Source of the DNA: an uncultured Clostridium sp.
GTDB lineage: Bacteria; Bacillota; Clostridia; TANB77; CAG-508
Direction: 5' to 3'
Assembly (NCBI GenBank): GCA_947651825.1
Contig: CANTAQ010000001.1
Coordinates: 20,598-84,597, forward strand
DNA length: 64,000 nucleotides
In this document: piece by piece, positions 58,441-64,000 of the stretch
How positions within the stretch are numbered: the stretch's first letter is position 1
How the letters are laid out: every line of letters starts with the position of its first letter
Translations under genes and position numbers: made by a program
The notes under the pieces: model-generated
The model's input: the letters and a program-made list of their open reading frames with translations, nothing else
Database searches by the model: none
Told to the model about the DNA's origin: nothing

Positions 58441-58872
58441 ATGACTTTTAGAAATGCAGAATTAAAGGATAAAGAATTTATATTAAATGCACATAAAGAA
58501 ATAAATATTTTATCTGATTTAAAGGATAGTACATTTGAAAATAGAATTGATAAAGAGTTATTTGAAGATAAAATTTGCAAAATTATTATTGCAGAACTTG
58601 ATGACAAAAGAGTTGGGTTTGTACTATACTCATATATTTATTGGGCTAACTGTGGCAAAGGAATATATCTATCACAAGCTTATGTAAGAAGTGAATATAG
58701 AGGACAAGGAATTTTTAGGAAACTTTTAAAAGAGCTAGAAAATTGTGAAAACGACTGTAATTTTATTACAAATTTAGTTGGATTAGAGAATGAAGGAATG
58801 AAAAATACACTTAACAGATTAGATTTTAGCACATCTGATTTAACAACATACTATCGAATGATAAAAAGATAA
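58441..58872 (+). CDS. GNAT family acetyltransferase
   Basis: GGAGG sits 5 nt before ATG 58441; VRSEYRGQGIFRKLLKE. Confidence 0.65.
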   Translation: MTFRNAELKDKEFILNAHKEINILSDLKDSTFENRIDKELFEDKICKIIIAELDDKRVGFVLYSYIYWANCGKGIYLSQAYVRSEYRGQGIFRKLLKELENCENDCNFITNLVGLENEGMKNTLNRLDFSTSDLTTYYRMIKR

Positions 58873-58919
58873 TATATAAGTACAACTAAAATATAAAGTG
58901 TTGTAAGAAAAGGTATAAA

Positions 58920-59786
58920 ATGTTTAAGAAGATATATGTAGAAATAACTAATATTTGCAATTTGAAATGTAAATTTTGTCCTGAAACAAGTAGAAGACTA
59001 CAATTTATGACCATAGAAAACTTTGAAGAGATAGTAAAAAGAATATGCAAGTTTACTAATATAATATGCTTACATGTAAAAGGGGAACCATTATTGCATA
59101 ATAATTTAGAAGACATTTTAAAGACATTAGAGAAATATAATTTAAAAGCGAATATAACAACAAATGGAATATTACTAAAAGACAAATTACTTATAATAGA
59201 AAAAACTAAAGCAGTTAGACAAATTAATATATCATTACATAGTAGTACTCAAAATGAATTGCTTAGCAAACAATATTTAAAAGATATTTTTGAGAGTGTA
59301 GAGAAAATGCAAAATGTAATTGTTTCATATAGATTATGGAATTTGAAAACTATTAAAGAAAATGATATAAATAATGAAATAATACAAGAAATATCAAATT
59401 ACTATAATATAGAGAACTTAAAAGAACAATTATCACAAAACGAGTTTTTTAAAATAAGAGATAATATATTTATAAATCAAGATACAGAATTTATATGGCC
59501 TAATATAGAGAATAAATCTATAATTGAAAAAGGAAGATGTCTTGCACTAAAAGAGCAGATAGCTATATTGGTAGATGGAACTGTTGTACCTTGCTGTTTA
59601 GATAACAATGGAGATATTTTTTTAGGAAATATATTAGAAGAAACTTTAGAAGAAATATTAAGCAAACATAAAACTATCGAAATTAAAAAGAATTTTGAAA
59701 ACCAAGTAATAACGTGTAAGTTATGCAAAACTTGTGGATTTTTACAAAGACTAGAAGAAAAAAGAAATAGAGGAGCTAAAAAATGA
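58920..59786 (+). CDS. Radical SAM protein with a C-terminal SPASM/twitch-like Cys cluster
   Basis: CNLKCKFC (CxxxCxxC); C-terminal C...DGTVVPCC...CKLCKTC. Confidence 0.75.
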   Translation: MFKKIYVEITNICNLKCKFCPETSRRLQFMTIENFEEIVKRICKFTNIICLHVKGEPLLHNNLEDILKTLEKYNLKANITTNGILLKDKLLIIEKTKAVRQINISLHSSTQNELLSKQYLKDIFESVEKMQNVIVSYRLWNLKTIKENDINNEIIQEISNYYNIENLKEQLSQNEFFKIRDNIFINQDTEFIWPNIENKSIIEKGRCLALKEQIAILVDGTVVPCCLDNNGDIFLGNILEETLEEILSKHKTIEIKKNFENQVITCKLCKTCGFLQRLEEKRNRGAKK

Positions 59787-60562
59787 TTGATTTCAGAAAA
59801 GCTGAAGAAAGTTTTAAGAATTATTTAAAAAATTATGATGTAGAAGATGGAAATATTAAATTAAAAATAAAACATACATATGAAGTGGTTAGAAAAAGTG
59901 AATATATAGCAAAAGGACTAAACTTGAGTAATGAAGATATTGAACTTGCAAAATTAATAGGTTTATTACATGATATTGGAAGATTTGAACAAGTGAAACA
60001 AACTAGTGATTTTATAGATAATGACGAATTTGATCATGCAGATTATGGTGTAAAGGTATTATTTGAATATGGAATGATACGAGACTTTACAGATGAAAGC
60101 AAATATGATGACATAATCAAAAAGGCAATATATAATCATAATAAATACAAGATTGGAGAAAGCCTTAATGACAGGGAATTATTACATAGTAAAATTATAA
60201 GAGATGCAGACAAACTTGATAATTTTAGAGTAAAAGAAAAAGAACATTTCAAAAATATTTTCCCTAGTGTATATAATGCAGAAACATTAGAATATGAGGA
60301 AATATCAGATAGTGTGTATGAAGCAATAATGAGAAATCAGTGTGTTCAATCATCAGATAGAAGAACACAAATTGATTACTGGATTTGTTTTATAGGATTT
60401 ATATTTGATTTGAATTTTGATATATCATTGAATTATATTAAAGAAAAAAACTATGTAGATATAGTAATTGATAGAATAGATTACAAAAATAATGAAACAA
60501 AAGAAAAGATGGAGAAAATAAGAAAAGTTGCAAATGATTTTTTAGATGAAAAAGGTAATTAA
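59783..60562 (+). CDS. HD-domain phosphohydrolase (paralog of 44076-44858)
   Basis: IGLLHDIGRFEQ and IRDADKLDN. It overlaps the radical-SAM stop by 4 bp. Confidence 0.7.
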   Translation: MIDFRKAEESFKNYLKNYDVEDGNIKLKIKHTYEVVRKSEYIAKGLNLSNEDIELAKLIGLLHDIGRFEQVKQTSDFIDNDEFDHADYGVKVLFEYGMIRDFTDESKYDDIIKKAIYNHNKYKIGESLNDRELLHSKIIRDADKLDNFRVKEKEHFKNIFPSVYNAETLEYEEISDSVYEAIMRNQCVQSSDRRTQIDYWICFIGFIFDLNFDISLNYIKEKNYVDIVIDRIDYKNNETKEKMEKIRKVANDFLDEKGN

Positions 60563-60591
60563 TATAGTATATATGGAGCAAATAAGAAACA

Positions 60592-61761
60592 ATGAATAGA
60601 TTATTAAGAACAGGATTTGATACACTATTAACATCAGTAACACCAATAGCAATATGGTTTTTATTGGGAATATTAGTAGACAAAAATTTAATTAATATAT
60701 TCACATTAATATATCCTATACAGTTTATTATAAGCAGTATAAAAAGTATTTTTGGGGTAGGAGCCAATATAAGTGCTATTAGAGATAGAACAAAAGAAAA
60801 TGTGTTTTCAGGATTCCTATGTGGAGCAATATTAGGACTTATAATACTTGGATGCATAATTATTAATATAGATAAATATATAAATTTTATGAATATGGAG
60901 AGTGGCATATATAGAACTTTTGCAATATATGCAGTAGCTCAAATGTTTTTACAACTATTGTTGAATTTGTCATTATGCAAATTGTATTATGAAAATAAAC
61001 ATAAATTAGCAAATAAATGTAGTTTGACATTTAATCTAATTAATTTTTGTTCATTAATAATAATGAGCCTAATAACAAAAAATCAAATACAGATAACAAG
61101 TATTTCTTTTGTTATTACCTTAATATTTGTTTTAGTAATTGTATTAAGAACAATAGAAAAAACAAAATTTAAGATAAATATAATTAAGTGTATAAGATAT
61201 GACTCAGCATTTTTATTTGCTGAAATAAGTATGTTTATTATATATTTATTTGGATTTAAAAATTCATTTGATTTTGGAGAAAAATACATTTTGGCAATAT
61301 CTTTTGCTACATTAATAACAGATACACAATGGGATATTTCAGACACAATAAAAACAGTTGCACAAATTGACATAACGAAAAAAGAATTTTCATATAGCGA
61401 ACATTTAAAAAATAGTAAAAAATTAGTTTTAGGATTAATAGTATCAAGTATTGCAATGGGAATTGTTTTATATCCAATTTATAAAGTAGATATAAAAACA
61501 ACACTAATTGTAGCTGGAATTGAACTTATAAGCATGTATATATATCCAATTTATTTGACTAAACTGACATATATACAACTTGAACATTCAGCATTAAAAG
61601 CAACTATTCATAAGCAAATTTCAAATATAATAAGAATAATGTGTTCTTTTATATTATCTCCATTTTGCACTTCGATAGGGTTAGTTGCATCTGTAATATA
61701 TCAACTAGTAGTAACAGATATTATTGTAAGAAAAAATAAAATTAATATGGAGATGAAATAA
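60592..61761 (+). CDS. Polytopic membrane protein (about 12 TM; flippase/MATE-like)
   Basis: Hydrophobic throughout; its stop overlaps the next ATG. Confidence 0.55.
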   Translation: MNRLLRTGFDTLLTSVTPIAIWFLLGILVDKNLINIFTLIYPIQFIISSIKSIFGVGANISAIRDRTKENVFSGFLCGAILGLIILGCIIINIDKYINFMNMESGIYRTFAIYAVAQMFLQLLLNLSLCKLYYENKHKLANKCSLTFNLINFCSLIIMSLITKNQIQITSISFVITLIFVLVIVLRTIEKTKFKINIIKCIRYDSAFLFAEISMFIIYLFGFKNSFDFGEKYILAISFATLITDTQWDISDTIKTVAQIDITKKEFSYSEHLKNSKKLVLGLIVSSIAMGIVLYPIYKVDIKTTLIVAGIELISMYIYPIYLTKLTYIQLEHSALKATIHKQISNIIRIMCSFILSPFCTSIGLVASVIYQLVVTDIIVRKNKINMEMK

Positions 61762-62448
61762 TGGAAAATATGAATAACAAAAATAAAATTGTAATTTGGG
61801 ACTGGGGAGGAATAGTATCAAGCCATCATAAAGGTGAATACAATTGTTATACTTCAAGAATAGACACTATAAATAGATTAAATGAGAAAACAAAAGAACT
61901 AGATGATGAAACTATTTGTAAAATGTGGGATGAATGTAGTCGTGATGAAAACGGCAAATATATTTCAGAGGTAATAATAAGTGAAGATATACAAAAGTGG
62001 TTTGAAAGAATAAAGAAAAAATTTGAACTAGAATGTACTTATGATGACTTTTATCAAGTTTATCAAGAAGAGACTGATAAAATAGTATTTTACAAAGACA
62101 TAGTTTCGTTTGCACATAGTTTAAAGAGTAAATGCAAAATAGGAATTTTATCTAATTTGACTTTGTTAGATAAAAACAGAATAAATAAACACTATAATTT
62201 ATCAAAATTTGATTTTGTATGGTTATCATTTGAACTAGGTTGCAGAAAACCAGATAAAAAAATATATAAAATTGTTGAGGAACAATGTAAAATATCAAAA
62301 AAAACATTTTATTTATAGATGATACACTGGCAAATATAGAAACAGCAAAGCAAATAGGATGGAATGTCTGTTTGGCAACAGGATTAGAATTTGATAAAAT
62401 TAAAGAAAGTGTATATAAATTTTTAGAAATAGAGGAAAAAATATGATA
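61761..62448 (+). pseudogene. HAD-superfamily hydrolase with a frameshift in an A8 homopolymer (about 62296-62303)
   Basis: The N-terminus is IVIWDWGGIV (HAD motif I-like). The +1 frame continues FIDDTLANIETAKQIGW, which is HAD motif IV. Confidence 0.55.
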
Positions 62449-62580
62449 AATAATAATGTGGCTTTCAAAATATAATATAGCAGTTATTCAAATAGTAATA
62501 ACTGTTATATTTTTAATAAACTACTGTTAAAATCAATTGAATTCTGATATAATATATGCAAAATAGAAGGAGTAGAGTAT

Positions 62581-63717
62581 ATGGAACATATTTATTTTGA
62601 TAATAATGCAACAACTGAATGTGATGTAGAAGTATTAGAAGCAATGTTACCATTTTTTAAAGAAATGTATGGTAATCCTAGTAGTATATACTCATTTGGT
62701 AGAGAAGCTAAAGAAGCCATAATAGAAGCTAGAAATAATATAGCTGAATTACTAAATGCAAATCAAAATGAAATTATATTTACTAGTTGTGCTAGTGAAA
62801 GTAATGTAACAGCGATTCTGAATGCAGTAAAAAATAATCCTGATAAAAGGCATATTATTACAACCAAAGTTGAACATGCTTCTATAATGGAAACTATGAA
62901 ACATCTAGAGACATTAGGATATGAGGTTACATATTTATCAGTAAATACTAAAGGTCAGATAGATTTATCAGAATTAGAGAATTCAATAAAGAAAGATACT
63001 TTATTAGTAACTGTAATGATGGCAAATAATGAAATAGGTAATATTTATCCAATAAAAAAAATAGGAGAAATTGCAAAAAAACATAACATATTATTCCATT
63101 GTGATGCGGTACAAGCAGTTGGAAAGATAAAGATAGATGTTAAAGAATTAAATATAGATACATTATCATTATCAGGACATAAAATACATACACCAAAAGG
63201 AATTGGCGTTTTATATCTTAAAGAGGGAAGAGCATATACTCCACTAATTTTTGGACATCAAGAAAAAAATAGAAGAGGTGGAACTGAAAATGTTCCATAT
63301 ATAGTAGGAATTGGTAGAGCAGCAAAAAAGATACTGGAAGATAGTTATGAGAGTAATAAAAAAATAGAATATTTAAGAGACAAATTAGAAAAAGAAATAA
63401 AGGATAATATAGAAGATGTTATCATTTATGGAGAATTGGAAAATAGATTGCCAAATACATCTAGTATAGCTTTTAAAGGGGTTAAAGCAGAAGAATTACT
63501 TTTAATGTTAGAAGCATTTAGTATTTATGTTTCAACAGGTTCAGCATGTAATTCAGAAATAGCAGAGCCATCACATGTATTAATAGCGTGCAATGCAGAT
63601 ATGGAAAATTATAGCCCAATAAGAATAAGTTTAAGCAAAAACAATACTGAAGAAGAAGTCGAAACGTTTGTGAAAAGAATTATAAATATAGTGAATCAGA
63701 TAAGAAAGAGAGGATAA
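62581..63717 (+). CDS. nifS: Cysteine desulfurase (NifS/IscS class V aminotransferase)
   Basis: The PLP-Lys region is SLSGHKIHTPKGIG. The catalytic Cys loop is STGSACNS. RBS AAGGAG. Confidence 0.8.
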   Translation: MEHIYFDNNATTECDVEVLEAMLPFFKEMYGNPSSIYSFGREAKEAIIEARNNIAELLNANQNEIIFTSCASESNVTAILNAVKNNPDKRHIITTKVEHASIMETMKHLETLGYEVTYLSVNTKGQIDLSELENSIKKDTLLVTVMMANNEIGNIYPIKKIGEIAKKHNILFHCDAVQAVGKIKIDVKELNIDTLSLSGHKIHTPKGIGVLYLKEGRAYTPLIFGHQEKNRRGGTENVPYIVGIGRAAKKILEDSYESNKKIEYLRDKLEKEIKDNIEDVIIYGELENRLPNTSSIAFKGVKAEELLLMLEAFSIYVSTGSACNSEIAEPSHVLIACNADMENYSPIRISLSKNNTEEEVETFVKRIINIVNQIRKRG

Positions 63718-63721
63718 GAAA

Positions 63722-64000
63722 ATGCCTGTATTAGTTAATTTTAAGGTTTGTGATAATGCGAAAGAATGTGGAGGAGTTGCAATATGTCCAACTGGAGCAA
63801 TAACATTTGATGAGAAGAAAGAGACATTAGTTATAGATAATAGCAAATGTATTTCTTGTGGGCAATGTGAAAATGAATGCCCTATTGGAGCAATAAGAGT
63901 TGCAAAAGATGAGAATGAATATAAAAAAATAAAAGAAGAAATTGAGAATGACCCAAGAAAGACAAAAGACTTATTTGTTGATAGATATGGAGCAGCGCCA
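63722..64000 (+). CDS. 4Fe-4S ferredoxin-domain protein, 5' part only (runs off the window)
   Basis: CISCGQCENECP (CxxCxxCxxxCP); RBS AGAGGATAAG. Confidence 0.5.
   Translation, partial: MPVLVNFKVCDNAKECGGVAICPTGAITFDEKKETLVIDNSKCISCGQCENECPIGAIRVAKDENEYKKIKEEIENDPRKTKDLFVDRYGAAP

Overview
This is an AT-rich (~27% GC) low-GC Firmicutes, Clostridium-type chromosomal segment. It resembles C. perfringens, judged from a ZmpB-like M60 mucinase carrying dockerin and F5/8-type C modules. It is almost entirely accessory and mobile DNA, and most genes lie on the + strand.

Content in order:
- **1-3.1 kb:** a partial Tn3-type resolvase (-), a frameshifted large serine recombinase (1299-2865), and a start-less 3' fragment of a Mn-catalase/CotJC-family gene. 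Together these suggest an element inserted into that gene.
- **3.3-9.7 kb:** a 1.8k-aa secreted M60-like metallopeptidase with a dockerin, followed by an LPXTG-anchored surface protein.
- **9.8-26 kb:** mostly housekeeping-like genes. These are a GC-rich unknown gene (-), an SDR oxidoreductase, a Fic toxin with a small partner ORF, a frameshifted mgtA, pyk, an AMP-binding CoA ligase, a CBS-pair protein, a frameshifted ytvI-like gene, and rlmD/rumA.
- **26.8-31.5 kb:** a mobilisation module (TnpV-like, an IR-rich oriT-like region, MobC, relaxase, ParB-like, a divergent XRE regulator with a 15-bp palindromic operator), then a duplicated gene pair.
- **31.6-39.2 kb:** the most unusual feature. 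Twelve consecutive small co-oriented genes are each separated by a short linker carrying a conserved core, AAATTACAA(T/G). This is a cassette-array-like organisation. Products include an alpha/beta hydrolase, MBL hydrolase, esterase, PEBP, GNAT, MerR, metallophosphoesterase, XRE and small membrane proteins. Two terminators follow, then three ~90-bp iteron-like tandem repeats.
- **39.8-52.3 kb:** two paralogous large serine recombinases (40094 and 50522). Each is preceded by a small K/N-rich ORF and followed by a shared CATGTGGARTGYGTGG att-like motif. They bracket about 8.6 kb holding GNATs, HD hydrolases, PepE, an AbiEi/AbiEii toxin-antitoxin pair with a 19-bp perfect palindromic operator, a 617-aa membrane protein, and five phased copies of a 15-bp palindrome.
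- **52.5-64 kb:** a GC-richer unknown gene, MBL hydrolases, an aldehyde dehydrogenase, GNATs, a flavodoxin-like / radical-SAM(SPASM) / HD / polytopic-membrane / HAD operon, nifS, and a partial ferredoxin-like gene.

At least six genes carry single-base frameshifts. Three of them share the identical context TTGG -> TTCGG, and two others sit in or next to homopolymers. This suggests either systematic assembly error or real pseudogenisation.
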